A DNA stretch of 64,000 nucleotides. It comes from Candidatus Binatota bacterium (GTDB lineage Bacteria > Desulfobacterota > Binatia > UBA1149 > CAITLU01). Shown here piece after piece: positions 1 through 9,605 of the stretch. A model generated the notes under the pieces. It was not told where the DNA came from. It saw only the letters and a program-made list of their open reading frames with translations, and searched no databases. The stretch is from the NCBI GenBank assembly GCA_024276575.1, contig JAJRWY010000171.1, positions 1,580 to 65,579 on the forward strand, written 5' to 3'. The stretch's first letter is position 1. Each line of letters starts with the position of its first letter. Made by a program: the position numbers and the translations under genes.

Positions 1-39
1 TATTTCCCAGCCCAGTGGCTGATCGCACTTTCGATCTTC

Positions 40-112
40 TAGCCTACCTTGACCTTGATCGGACAATAATTCACGGCGCAAATCGCCTCCGGCTCGCGCC
101 GGAGCACGCCAT
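40..112. repeat. intergenic repeat family R1 (CCTTGATCGGACAATAATTCAYGGCGCAAATCGCCTCCGGCTCGCGCCGGAGCACGCCATG), copy 1
   Basis: ~60 nt nearly identical to the reverse complement of 1831..1898; contains the internal hairpin CTCCGGC-TCGC-GCCGGAG. Confidence 0.65.
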
Positions 113-122
113 GCGCGGCCGC

Positions 123-1046
123 TCAACCTTTGAAGGTGCTCGCGCCGAAATCACCGAAAGGTTCGTCTCTTTCTCTGACGGCTTCCTTGAAACCCGCCGC
201 GGCCGCCCTTTGCTGAAAAGCGTAACCTTCGGCAGTATGCCGCGTGATCCCATCGAACACTGTCCCGACCAACTGCGTGGCCGGCAACGGCGACCCCAAC
301 ACTGTTTGGTTGACGAGCTTCTTCATCATGATGAGTTGATTCACGGGGTTTCGGGCTATGCGTTCGAGCAATATCTCGAAGCGCTGGTCCAGCTGACCAG
401 GCGCAGCACATTCACATGCCAGTCCCCATTCCACCGCTTCCTTGCCGTTCAGGCAATCGCCGGTAAACAGCAAGCGTTTGGCTTTTTCTATTCCTATTCT
501 GTAGGCCCAAACCGAAGTCGTCGGCGAACCCCATACGCGTGCAGGCGGGTAGCCGATCTTGGCATCCTCGGCAATCAACAAAAGGTCGCTACACAGCGCC
601 ATGTCAGTGCCCCCCGCGACGCAAAAGCCGTGGACTTTGCAAACCACCGGCTTATCGGCATGGAACAAACTCATGAAACCGCGCACGTTGCGCGACATCA
701 TCTGGTAATCGATCATCGGATCCCACACCACCGAGGGATCGTGGTTCGCAGCCGTGACCGCCGGGTCCAACGCCGAACCCTCCGGGACGGGGCTATCGCC
801 CGGGCCGCGCTCTTCGCGCATCTTCTCGGCGGAGGCCACCAAGTCGTAGCCTCCACAAAATCCTTTGCCGTTGCCCGACAGGGCAATCACATGAACCGAA
901 GGGTCAAGGTCCGCCTTCTCTACGCAGGCAGCAAGCTCACGCGGTAGATCCAAGGTGATGCCGTTCCCGCGACTGGGACGGTTCAGGGTAATCCGGGCAA
1001 TGCGCCCGCTGCTTTCGTAGGTCATCGTTTTCAAACTGTTCATCAC
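123..1046 (-). CDS. enoyl-CoA hydratase/isomerase (crotonase) family protein
   Basis: 307-aa ORF; crotonase-like signatures (..ALSGNGKGFCGGYDL.., ..VHGFCVAGGTDMAL..); stop TGA. Confidence 0.85.
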   Translation of the reverse strand: MMNSLKTMTYESSGRIARITLNRPSRGNGITLDLPRELAACVEKADLDPSVHVIALSGNGKGFCGGYDLVASAEKMREERGPGDSPVPEGSALDPAVTAANHDPSVVWDPMIDYQMMSRNVRGFMSLFHADKPVVCKVHGFCVAGGTDMALCSDLLLIAEDAKIGYPPARVWGSPTTSVWAYRIGIEKAKRLLFTGDCLNGKEAVEWGLACECAAPGQLDQRFEILLERIARNPVNQLIMMKKLVNQTVLGSPLPATQLVGTVFDGITRHTAEGYAFQQRAAAAGFKEAVRERDEPFGDFGASTFKG

Positions 1047-1155
1047 TACTCCCGGTACCGTCTAATCTTGTCGCAAGCCTCTCCGCAATCGCTTTCGGCG
1101 GCGAAAGGAACAGCGCCGTTTGCCGTTGCCGCAAGTTCTCAGCACATCATAGCCA

Positions 1156-1701
1156 ATGAAAAGCGTGTGCGTATTCTGCGGATCCGGTCACGGTGCACGC
1201 CGTGAATATCACGACGCCGTACGATCCCTGGCCGAAGCATTGGTAGATCAAAAACTGACTCTAGTCTACGGAGGAGGCGCGATCGGTATGATGGGAAGTA
1301 TAGCCAACGCCGTATTGGCGCGCGGCGGCGAGGTAACCGGCGTCATTCCTCGTTCACTGGCCGACCAGGAATTGGCTCATCCGGGCCTGAGTCAAATCCA
1401 CGTAGTTTCTTCCATGCATGAGCGCAAGAACTTGATGTACGATCTTTCCGACGCCTTCATGGCGCTACCCGGCGGCATCGGGACCCTGGAGGAATTCTTC
1501 GAGGTCCTGACTTGGTCCCAACTCGGCATACACTCCAAACCCTGTGGCCTGTTAAACACCGTAGGGTACTTCGACAGCCTCCTCGATTTTCTCGATCATT
1601 CAGTAAGCGAGTCGTTCTTCACGGCAAAGCATCGAGACAATATCCTCGTCGATGAAGATCCCCGGTCGCTACTGCAAAGTCTTAGCTTGCATTACTCATG
1701 A
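1156..1701 (+). CDS. LOG family protein (cytokinin riboside 5'-monophosphate phosphoribohydrolase-like, TIGR00730)
   Basis: 181 aa; VFCGS..G, VYGGGxxGLMG and PGGxGTxEE motifs typical of the LOG/lysine-decarboxylase-like family. Confidence 0.85.
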   Translation: MKSVCVFCGSGHGARREYHDAVRSLAEALVDQKLTLVYGGGAIGMMGSIANAVLARGGEVTGVIPRSLADQELAHPGLSQIHVVSSMHERKNLMYDLSDAFMALPGGIGTLEEFFEVLTWSQLGIHSKPCGLLNTVGYFDSLLDFLDHSVSESFFTAKHRDNILVDEDPRSLLQSLSLHYS

Positions 1702-1786
1702 AACCTCGTCGCGAGAGTCGTAAGCGCCCGTAAGATCGGCCCAAGCGTAGCGCCGAGGCCCGCAGGCGTAATAACACTACATCGAG

Positions 1787-1925
1787 AGCCGAAAAGTAGT
1801 GAGCATCGACGGGCGCGAGTACGGTAAGCCCATGGCGTGCTCCGGCGCGAGCCGGAGGCGATTTGTGCCATGAATTATTGTCCGATCAAGGCTGACGGTA
1901 CGTCGAGGACCGAAAAGTGGTGAGC
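1787..1925. repeat. R1 copy 2 (inverted) flanked by 16-bp direct repeats CCGAAAAGTRGTGAGC
   Basis: direct repeats at 1787..1804 and 1908..1925 bracket the element; the interior matches 46..112 in reverse complement. Confidence 0.65.
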
Positions 1926-2045
1926 CGGCGAGCGGCGAACGGCGAACGGGCCGAGATTGCGGGCGATTGAGGCTCGTAGCAGAGGTTTCATGAATAATGC
2001 GGGCTAGTACGCGAGCCAGCGCAACGGGCGAACAAGCTACGGGTC
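1926..2045. repeat. R2 repeat copy 1 (adjacent to R1 copy 2)
   Basis: GGGCGATTGAGGCTCGTAGCAGAGGTTTCATGAATAATGC matches 4600..4640 (reverse complement) and 42962..42990. Confidence 0.65.
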
Positions 2046-2071
2046 CAGATAGCGAGCGGTGGTGGAGGCTC

Positions 2072-3508
2072 TCAAGGGGGGAAGCCGATATAACTGCGGC
2101 GCTGGGCTTCCATAGCGGCGCGCAGCAGGGGCTCCTCTTGCAAGCCGAGTTGTGACTCACCGAACCAAGCCCCATCTTCGTTCCTTCGCAGCGTAAACCT
2201 ACGAAAACCCGATTGGGAAAACGCCAAGCCGTCAGCCGGCCGGGCTGCTTCGATCACTACCTGCGAAACTCCACGCGAGATATCGTCCGACGATATGTGG
2301 CGCCACAGTTCCACCGCCTCCGCACTCAAAAGCGCTAGGTCATCGAGATCAGTGGGCGTCTGGTAACGAAGGCCCGGGATGCTATTGGTGCCGCTCTCCA
2401 ACGGGCCCACCCACAACACTCTGATCTCGGTGCCCGAGTCCAGCGTCACTAGGTCCTGAGCGGGCAGCGCCATGGAACTCGCACCTACCCCGCTAAGCGC
2501 AGCGTCGAGCCGGCGGCGGCCTTCGACGATCGCGGCCTGCAAAGCTTCATCCAGCGCGTGATTGAACCAGCGGCCTGCCGGGCTCTCGCAGAAGTCGGCA
2601 TAGGCCGCAAGATCCACGTCGTCGACATCGGAATACCTCGCCAGAAGCGCTGCGGTGACCACCGGTTCGTATTGCTCCGCCAGCCCTTCAGCAGCACGCT
2701 CCCGGGCTATGATTTTCCAAAGTTCGGAGCTTCCACGACGCGAAGGCTGCGGGCGGCCACGCTCGACTATTTGCGCAACAGCCAAACCCATCTGCGCCAC
2801 GTGGTCCAGAGCCCACTCGAGCGAACCCGACGCTTTCATGATTCTTCGCACTATCGCTAGACGCTCAGGCGCAACCGAGCCCTGGTCGAGTTCTACGAAC
2901 CGCGCAGAAAACTCCACCCTTCCCCGCCGTGGGTCTCCCCATGTCATGGCCTCCGCAAACTTGATCTCAAACGCCTGTGGCGAAGACAGCCACTCGAGCG
3001 TTCGTGCCATCTGAGCACCGCCACCGACAGACTCTGCGCCCCCTGCCTCTTTCTCAACCGTCTTCTCGAGTGTAGCGACCGATTCGCCCAAATGATCCCG
3101 TGCAACTCCGGCCAGAAGGTTTTCGTCGTAAGCTTCCAACAGCACCGTGCCCATGGCAGCGCGAATATTCTCCGGGATAGAGTACCAATGTGCATCGAGA
3201 AGGCGTGCCACCTGCGGAGGCAAGCGCTGTACACGCTGGCGCAAGCTCGAGAGGTCGAACAGCTTCGCTGCCAGATCACGCGCTTTCACATCAACGCCGG
3301 CAACGGCTTCCGCCGGGGCGTTCCCATCGCGCGCTAGCCCCGGAACCACCGCAGCCGGAGCGTGAGATATTGAAATCACGACGAAAAGCAAAGTGATGAC
3401 AAGCAATCGCAGCGGAGAAAGAATTGCAGCACGACGCCGCGAGCGTCCCGGCAGCAGTACGGAGTCTAAGGCGATATGTCGGCAGTCTATCAAACGGCGG
3501 CACGGCAT
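2072..3508 (-). CDS. hypothetical secreted/membrane-anchored protein
   Basis: 478-aa ORF with N-terminal hydrophobic helix (LRLLVITLLFVVISISHA); no recognisable catalytic motif; exact start uncertain. Confidence 0.45.
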   Translation of the reverse strand: MPCRRLIDCRHIALDSVLLPGRSRRRAAILSPLRLLVITLLFVVISISHAPAAVVPGLARDGNAPAEAVAGVDVKARDLAAKLFDLSSLRQRVQRLPPQVARLLDAHWYSIPENIRAAMGTVLLEAYDENLLAGVARDHLGESVATLEKTVEKEAGGAESVGGGAQMARTLEWLSSPQAFEIKFAEAMTWGDPRRGRVEFSARFVELDQGSVAPERLAIVRRIMKASGSLEWALDHVAQMGLAVAQIVERGRPQPSRRGSSELWKIIARERAAEGLAEQYEPVVTAALLARYSDVDDVDLAAYADFCESPAGRWFNHALDEALQAAIVEGRRRLDAALSGVGASSMALPAQDLVTLDSGTEIRVLWVGPLESGTNSIPGLRYQTPTDLDDLALLSAEAVELWRHISSDDISRGVSQVVIEAARPADGLAFSQSGFRRFTLRRNEDGAWFGESQLGLQEEPLLRAAMEAQRRSYIGFPP

Positions 3509-3673
3509 GGGTAATGCTAGCGCGAGCGGCCTGAGGTCACGAACAACGCAGCGTGCCGGCAGCCTACCGGGCCAACAACAACGTCCGTGCGGGGGCTGCC
3601 CTTAGGAGCGAGGCTTCTATATACTTTATTGCAACGGCGGCGCTGACCGCCGCTTTCACCGGGTCCAAAGTAA

Positions 3674-4588
3674 ATGCCGAAAGCGATTTCCTCATCGATG
3701 CTCGGGATCATCTCCGCGCTTTTCGTGACGATCCACACTCTGTTCTGGTGTACATGGCTGTTCGCCGCAGCCGTGGCGAAACTCCTGGTCCCTGCACGAA
3801 GCTGGAGATCATTTTGGAGTTCCGTGGTCACCTCGATAGCGAAAAGTTGGGTGTGGGGCAACGGTACTTTCATGCGTTTGACCCGCCGCCTGGACTACGA
3901 TGTCCGCGGTGCCGACCAACTCGACCAACAAGGCTGGTTTCTGATCGCCTGTAATCATCAAGCATGGGCCGACATTCCCATACTGCAAGAAGTCTTTCTA
4001 CGACGGATCCCATTCATCAAGTTCTTCCTCAAGCAAGAACTCATCTGGGTTCCGGTGCTCGGACTCGCCTGGTGGGCCTTGGATTTCCCCTTCATGAAGC
4101 GGTATTCGCGTAAGTTCTTGGAAGCGCACCCGGAACTACGCGGCAAAGACCTGGAAACCACCCGGAAAGCCTGCGAGCGCTTTCGTTACAACCCCGTCAC
4201 GGTGCTGAACTTTCTCGAGGGTACTCGATTCACACCCCATAAACACTCGCGCCAAAACTCTCCTTACCAACACCTTCTCAAACCCAAAGCCGGCGGGATC
4301 GCATTCACGATCGGGGCGATGGGTGAAAAGTTCACGTCCATGCTCGACGTAACCATCTTCTACCCCGGTGGCGCTCCCAACTTCTGGCGCTACATGTGCG
4401 GAGATCTCGATCGCGTAGTGGTAGTAGTCAGGGAGAAGCCGATACCCGAGCGTTTCCTGAAAGGCGACTACATGGGTGACGACGCCTTCCGCCGTGAATT
4501 CCAACAGTGGATCGACAGCCTGTGGCGGGAAAAAGACCTGCTCCTCGCCGAGCTTGCATCAGAAAGCCAAATCCAGACCGGCCCCTGA
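3674..4588 (+). CDS. acyltransferase, YihG-like (PlsC/1-acylglycerol-3-phosphate acyltransferase superfamily)
   Basis: N-terminal TM helix; acyltransferase HX4D motif (CNHQAWADIP); FLEGTR motif; similar to E. coli YihG. Confidence 0.8.
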   Translation: MPKAISSSMLGIISALFVTIHTLFWCTWLFAAAVAKLLVPARSWRSFWSSVVTSIAKSWVWGNGTFMRLTRRLDYDVRGADQLDQQGWFLIACNHQAWADIPILQEVFLRRIPFIKFFLKQELIWVPVLGLAWWALDFPFMKRYSRKFLEAHPELRGKDLETTRKACERFRYNPVTVLNFLEGTRFTPHKHSRQNSPYQHLLKPKAGGIAFTIGAMGEKFTSMLDVTIFYPGGAPNFWRYMCGDLDRVVVVVREKPIPERFLKGDYMGDDAFRREFQQWIDSLWREKDLLLAELASESQIQTGP

Positions 4589-4594
4589 CCCGTA

Positions 4595-4740
4595 TAATTC
4601 ATGAATCCACTGCTGCGAGCCTCGATCGCCCACGACCCCGGCCCGTGCTCGTTCGCCCGTTGCACTTGGGCCGGTCTCACGGGCGTTTACGACGCTCGCG
4701 ACGAGGGTTCAGTAGAATTATGAAGGCTAAACCAGCGAAA
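4595..4740. repeat. R2 repeat copy 2 plus partial tail copy
   Basis: CGTATAATTCATGAATCCACTGCTGCGAGCCTCGATCGCCC...; second degenerate core AGAATTATGAAGGCT at ~4707. Confidence 0.6.
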
Positions 4741-5794
4741 CGGCAACGCCGCGCTCTGCCAAGGTCGCGCGGATATCTCCGGCGAGCAAGGCGGCGGCAG
4801 CCTCACTTTCCTTGAGCACGGCATCCATATGGGCAAGCCCCAGGCCACGCAGATAAGTATAGGCGTTCTCACCAGGGCATAATTCGCTCGATGGAGGGAC
4901 AAGCTTCGCGATGTCAGCCAAGGGTCCTGGAGGAGGCATCATGCGAAACATCTCGTGAGTCGCCTCGACGTTGTCACAGAAATGCATGTGATCCGCATTT
5001 TCCAACACCACCATTCGCTTGGGAGAACGCGTGCGGTCGAAAAGCTCGCGCATACCGTCGAGCGGAAGCAAGGTGTCGCGATCTGCCACCAAATACAAGG
5101 TCGGAACCTCGCGACCCCAATCCAAATCGAGGCTTTCGCGCAAGATCTCTCCGGGCAACGGACTGGCCCCGCCGGCCGGTGCCAAGGGCAGGGCTGCGCG
5201 AATTCTCTCGTCACTCCCGCTTACGCTGAGCGTCGTCCAGCCGCCAAAACTGTGGCCGCTCATACCGATTCGCCCAGCATCGATGATCGATGCAAGACCA
5301 CCCGCATCCTCTTCAACGATGCTGTCTATGGTAAAGCTGACGTCTTGCGGGCGGGCTTCGATCATCGAAGCCAAGAGTTCCCCGATATCCGGCAACTCCC
5401 CTCCGGACATCAATGACAGCGTCATCTGCATCACGTCGACGATGGTATTGCCGCTGTGGTCCATGGCTACGACTACATAGCCGTGGCTGGCGAGGTGGGT
5501 GCATAAGTGAGTCGTCTGCCGGCGGTGCCCGCCGAATCCATGAGAGAACACCACCAGCGGGAACTTACCATCCGACTGCGCGGCGTCGCGAAGTGCAGCT
5601 TGTTTCACAGGGGGGAACCCCGGCAGAGCTTCGAAAGCATCCTGCCGCTGCTCGTCAAGATCGCCGCCTTGGTATTGAACGGCGGCGGGATACCAAAGCT
5701 CCACTTCCAACTGCCTGGAACGTGCGGAATCATCGAGTGTGACAGTGCGCACGCCGACGGGGAAGGGACCTCTAGCAAACGGATCGTAGCTCAT
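4727..5794 (-). CDS. alpha/beta hydrolase (dienelactone hydrolase / PAF-acetylhydrolase-like lipase)
   Basis: GHSFGG nucleophile elbow, HGFGG oxyanion region; start overlaps the stop of the upstream DAHP synthase gene (ATGA). Confidence 0.75.
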   Translation of the reverse strand: MSYDPFARGPFPVGVRTVTLDDSARSRQLEVELWYPAAVQYQGGDLDEQRQDAFEALPGFPPVKQAALRDAAQSDGKFPLVVFSHGFGGHRRQTTHLCTHLASHGYVVVAMDHSGNTIVDVMQMTLSLMSGGELPDIGELLASMIEARPQDVSFTIDSIVEEDAGGLASIIDAGRIGMSGHSFGGWTTLSVSGSDERIRAALPLAPAGGASPLPGEILRESLDLDWGREVPTLYLVADRDTLLPLDGMRELFDRTRSPKRMVVLENADHMHFCDNVEATHEMFRMMPPPGPLADIAKLVPPSSELCPGENAYTYLRGLGLAHMDAVLKESEAAAALLAGDIRATLAERGVAVSLV

Positions 5795-6858
5795 GATTTG
5801 TTTCCTTTGCGGCGCTCACGCACCGCTTCGGCCAGTCTTTCCAACACCGGCACAGTGTCGTCCCAAGACAGGCAGGCATCGGTAATGCTCTGTCCATAGA
5901 CCAACGGTCCGCCTGGGACCAGGTCCTGCCGGCCTTCGAGCAGATGGCTTTCGATCATCAAGCCCGCAATCGATGACGAGCCGGCCGAGATTTGAACAGC
6001 GAGATTCTCCGCCACCTCGACCTGCCGTCGGAAATTCTTCTGCGAGTTACCGTGGCTGCAATCCACCATGACTCTGGGCGGTGCACCCATCGCTTCGAGC
6101 CGGCCGGCAACTTCGGCAATGCTGGCCTGATCGTAGTTGCTGCCTTTCTTCGATCCGCGCAGAATCACATGGCAAGCATCGTTGCCGGAAGTCCTCACTA
6201 TCGCAGTAATGCCGTCCTTGGTCACCGACAGAAAATGGTGCGACCCGGCAGCCGCCCGTATAGCATCGAGCGCGATCTGGATGTTACCGTTGGTTCCGTT
6301 CTTGAACCCAAGAGGCACCGACAAGCCCGAAGCCAATTCCCTGTGTACTTGGCTCTCGGTGGTGCGTGCCCCGATCGCGCCCCACGCGATTAGATCGCCG
6401 ATGAACTGAGGAATGATGGTATCGAGAAACTCCGATCCCGCCGGTACACCCAAGGCCCCTATTTCCAGGAGCAAGCGCCGGGCAGTACGAAGACCCTTGT
6501 TGATGTCGAAACTGCCGTCGAGATCGGGATCGTTGATGAGCCCCTTCCAGCCGACCGTGGTCCGTGGTTTCTCGAAGTAAACTCGCATGACCAGGCAGAG
6601 ATCGTTACGCAGAGCCTCACGATAGCGGCTCAGCTTGCGAGCGTACTCCACGGCCGCGACAGGGTCGTGAATCGAGCAAGGGCCGACGACGACCAGCAAG
6701 CGATCGTCGGCCCCCTTGAGTATACGCGTCGCCTCATCCCGGGTGGACGCCACCAGTTCCGAAAAAGATTCGGTAATCGGCAACTCCTCCATCAAGCAGG
6801 CGGGAGGTATCAAAGGGCGCAGCTGCGCAATGCGAAGGTCGTCGGTGCGATGAAGCAT
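5791..6858 (-). CDS. aroG: 3-deoxy-7-phosphoheptulonate (DAHP) synthase, class I (AroF/G/H type)
   Basis: 355 aa; strong similarity to phenylalanine/tyrosine-sensitive DAHP synthases (..VVGPCSIHD.., ..KPRTTVGWKGLINDP..). Confidence 0.9.
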   Translation of the reverse strand: MLHRTDDLRIAQLRPLIPPACLMEELPITESFSELVASTRDEATRILKGADDRLLVVVGPCSIHDPVAAVEYARKLSRYREALRNDLCLVMRVYFEKPRTTVGWKGLINDPDLDGSFDINKGLRTARRLLLEIGALGVPAGSEFLDTIIPQFIGDLIAWGAIGARTTESQVHRELASGLSVPLGFKNGTNGNIQIALDAIRAAAGSHHFLSVTKDGITAIVRTSGNDACHVILRGSKKGSNYDQASIAEVAGRLEAMGAPPRVMVDCSHGNSQKNFRRQVEVAENLAVQISAGSSSIAGLMIESHLLEGRQDLVPGGPLVYGQSITDACLSWDDTVPVLERLAEAVRERRKGNKS

Positions 6859-6929
6859 AACGCTTCTAATTAGCGACTTCGCAGGGGGAGTTCCAGGCTA
6901 GAGGCCCGGGCAGACTGTCTAATCCAGGG

Positions 6930-6980
6930 AAAAACAAACCCCGAGCGGAGCGAAGCCGTGGGGCTCCACTCCGCTCGGAT
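6930..6980 (-). terminator. putative intrinsic terminator downstream of the HU gene
   Basis: GC-rich hairpin (CCGAGCGGAG...CTCCGCTCGG) followed on the minus strand by a T-rich tract (GGTTTGTTTTTCC). Confidence 0.4.
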
Positions 6981-6994
6981 GGCAACGAAGCCGT

Positions 6995-7321
6995 TTAGAC
7001 CGCGTCTTTGAGCGCCTTGAGGGGGCGAATCTTGACCGCACGGCTGGCGGGTTTCGCCTTGAACATCATCTCCTCACCGGTGAAGGGATTGATGCCTTTG
7101 CGAGCTTTACGGGCAGGCTTCTTCTGCACCGTAAACTTGGCGAGGCCGGGAAGCGTGAACGCTCCGGCTCCCTTGGGTTTCAGGTGGCGATGGATCTTGT
7201 CCGTCAACGAATCGAGTACCCCCGCAACGTCCTTCTTCGTAAGTCCGGTGTCCTCCGCAATAGCCGCCGTGAGCTGAGCTTTAGTCAACGGTTTTGCAAT
7301 CGCCGTAGCCTTTTTAGCCAT
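6995..7321 (-). CDS. hup: HU family nucleoid-associated DNA-binding protein with Lys/Ala-rich N-terminal extension
   Basis: HU fold signature (..LTKAQLTAAIAEDTGLTKKDVAGVLDSL.., ..RKGINPFTGEEM..AVK); start set at MAKKATA (ATG 7319..7321). Confidence 0.85.
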   Translation of the reverse strand: MAKKATAIAKPLTKAQLTAAIAEDTGLTKKDVAGVLDSLTDKIHRHLKPKGAGAFTLPGLAKFTVQKKPARKARKGINPFTGEEMMFKAKPASRAVKIRPLKALKDAV

Positions 7322-7696
7322 ATCTCGTACCACTCCTTCCTTATTCCAGCGGCTGCGCCGCAAGGTGTTTGAACTACAAATTATAGGGAAACGCTTACTC
7401 GGTCGCGACTCCCTTGTCCCATAAATGTAGCCTCAGTCAAGACGTCTGTGCATATTGTGCCTATTTTTTCAGTACCAAGCCCCTTGCAACCCACACATTG
7501 GCCGGCCAAACAGCCACCAATTGTCCAATAGTGCGCCGCTAGGATAACTTCTGCGGCACAACCACGGCGCTGCTACGACGCGCAGGACGATACTCGAAGT
7601 GCCTAGCGGCTCAATGCGTAGCGGGCGATTCCACAAAGCGGATTCCCCGGCGTGCCGCGCCGACGGCGACACAACACAGCCTCTAAGGAGTACGAC

Positions 7697-8530
7697 ATGA
7701 CTTTGTCCACGAGCAGCGAAACCCCTGCAAATCCAGGCTTTTCCACTCTACGCGTTGAAGTAGAAGGAAGCGTGGGGCGCTTGACTTTGACGCGGCCCGA
7801 GCGGCTCAACGCGATGGGAGCCACCATGTTGCGCGAACTCGAAGGGGCCGCGCGCTGGTTCGACCAGCATCGCGACCTCCACGTGGTGCTGGTAAGCGGC
7901 GAAGGGCGGGCATTTTGTGCAGGCGCCGACTTAAAGGATCTGCCGCTGGCCGAAGCCGATCCGAGTTCGGGCAAGAGTTGGCTATACCGGCGTGAAGTGG
8001 CCCAATACGGGTTGCGGATGGCGGACGCCGTCGAACAGATGAGAGCCGTGACCATTGCCCGGGTGCACGGCTACGCAGTCGGCGGAGGTTTGGTCTTGAT
8101 GGCAGCTTGCGACCTTCGCATCTGCGCCGAAGACGCATCTTTATTCATTCCGGAAATAGACCTGGGCATACCCCTGGCCTGGGGCGGAATCCCGCGCTTG
8201 GTGCGCGAGATCGGCCCGGCATTGACCAAAGAGCTGGTAATGACCTGCCGGCGCTTTTCTCCGGCCGAGGCCAAAGCCGCAGGCTTCGTCAACCGCGTTG
8301 TCCCCGCCTCCGAACTAGAGCAAGTCGCGGAGGATTTGCTCGCAGAGTTGGACGCCAAACCTTCGGTGCCACTTGCCATCACCAAGGAACACGTAAACTC
8401 GATAAGCCGGGCGATGGCCACCGGCTACACGGCCTTCGCCGATGGGGACGCACTTCTCTCCGCCGTACAACAGCCGGAGGCCAGGCAAGCCGTCATCGAC
8501 TACACGACAAAGGCCTTCGGAGAAAAGTAG
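7697..8530 (+). CDS. enoyl-CoA hydratase/isomerase family protein
   Basis: crotonase motifs (..GEGRAFCAGADLKDL.., ..VHGYAVGGGLVLMAACD..); AAGGAG RBS 6 nt upstream of the ATG. Confidence 0.85.
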   Translation: MTLSTSSETPANPGFSTLRVEVEGSVGRLTLTRPERLNAMGATMLRELEGAARWFDQHRDLHVVLVSGEGRAFCAGADLKDLPLAEADPSSGKSWLYRREVAQYGLRMADAVEQMRAVTIARVHGYAVGGGLVLMAACDLRICAEDASLFIPEIDLGIPLAWGGIPRLVREIGPALTKELVMTCRRFSPAEAKAAGFVNRVVPASELEQVAEDLLAELDAKPSVPLAITKEHVNSISRAMATGYTAFADGDALLSAVQQPEARQAVIDYTTKAFGEK

Positions 8531-8556
8531 AGACAGGGACGTTCCGGGAGACCGGC

Positions 8557-8650
8557 CACCCACACAATCGATCTTAACCATCCTAACCTTGATCAAACAA
8601 TGGTCAGGCAATGGCCGGGCAACGATTCATGGCCTAAACCGCTTCCGACC
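8557..8650. repeat. R1-like diverged copy 3
   Basis: TCGATCTTAACC..CCTAACCTTGATCAAACAATGG..ATTCATGGCC..AAACCGCTTCCG aligns with 28..100 at ~70% identity. Confidence 0.45.
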
Positions 8651-8780
8651 CGCACCGAAACTCGCCGCCCACGGGCGGCTACGGACGCGAACGAGAGAGA
8701 ATATCGGCAACCATCCAGCTTGCAACAAGCCGTACGCGGCAGCACAAGAGAGACGACAGCCACCCACTTAGCTGAAAGCG

Positions 8781-9596
8781 ATGGAGGGCAGCATGAAGTC
8801 TACGCAAGGTATCGAGCTTAGCGACGTACAAGAGGTCTACAACGGTGCGGAAGGAGACCTCTGGGAGCTGCTGATGGGACAGCAGATTCATATCGGCGGC
8901 TTCTTGTCCTCGATGGACCTAGCCGAGCGTGCGAACATCGGCGCGGGCCGCAAAGGTATCGACCTATGCTGTTGCAACGGCGCGGGCGCCCGCTTTCTAG
9001 TTCGTTTCCGCAATGTTTCATCGATGATCGCTGTCGACGCCTCGCAAACCGTACTCGAGCGCGGGCGCCGACGCTGCGCTAGCTAGGGGCTCGGCGACCG
9101 CATCGACTTCGTGTTGGCCGACGCTTGCGACAGCGGCCTCCCGGACCGAAGCGCGGATTTCGTCTGGGGCGAAGACGCGTGGTGTTATGTGAGCGACAAA
9201 AACAAGCTTCTTTCCGAAGCCGTACGGCTAGTTGAATCCGGGGGGACCATTGCCTTCACGGATTGGGTCGAGGGTCCGGCCGGAATGAGCGATGAAGAAG
9301 CCACACGTTTTCTGAGCTTCATGAAGTTCCCGAACGTCCAGGACATCCCGGGCTACGCGTCCCTGCTCGAACACAACGGATGCGAAGTCGTGTGTGCCGA
9401 AGATACCGAACGCTTCGGACCTTATGTAGACCTATTCCTGGACATGGCGGCCAAGCAACTTACCTACGACGCGCTTTGTATCTTGAACTACGACTTGGTG
9501 GCCCTTGAGACGATTTCGAACGAATTCGCTTTCCTGGGAGAACTCGCCCACGCGGGCAAGATTGCGCAAGCTCGTTTCGTAGCTACCAAAAAGTGA
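8781..9596 (+). pseudogene. SAM-dependent methyltransferase (type 11/SDMT-like) interrupted by one in-frame TAG at 9084..9086
   Basis: ORFs 8781..9086 and 9111..9596 are in the same frame; motif I (DLCCCNGAGARFL) lies upstream of the TAG, the expected downstream motifs (..GLGDRIDFVLADACD.., ..GGTIAFTDW..) follow it. Confidence 0.6.
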
Positions 9597-9605
9597 GGAA
9601 CGGCA

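Noticed and set aside
15-947. 310-aa plus-strand ORF
   Set aside because: Lies entirely antisense to the well-supported crotonase gene (123..1046). Arg/His-rich composition typical of GC-rich alternate frames.
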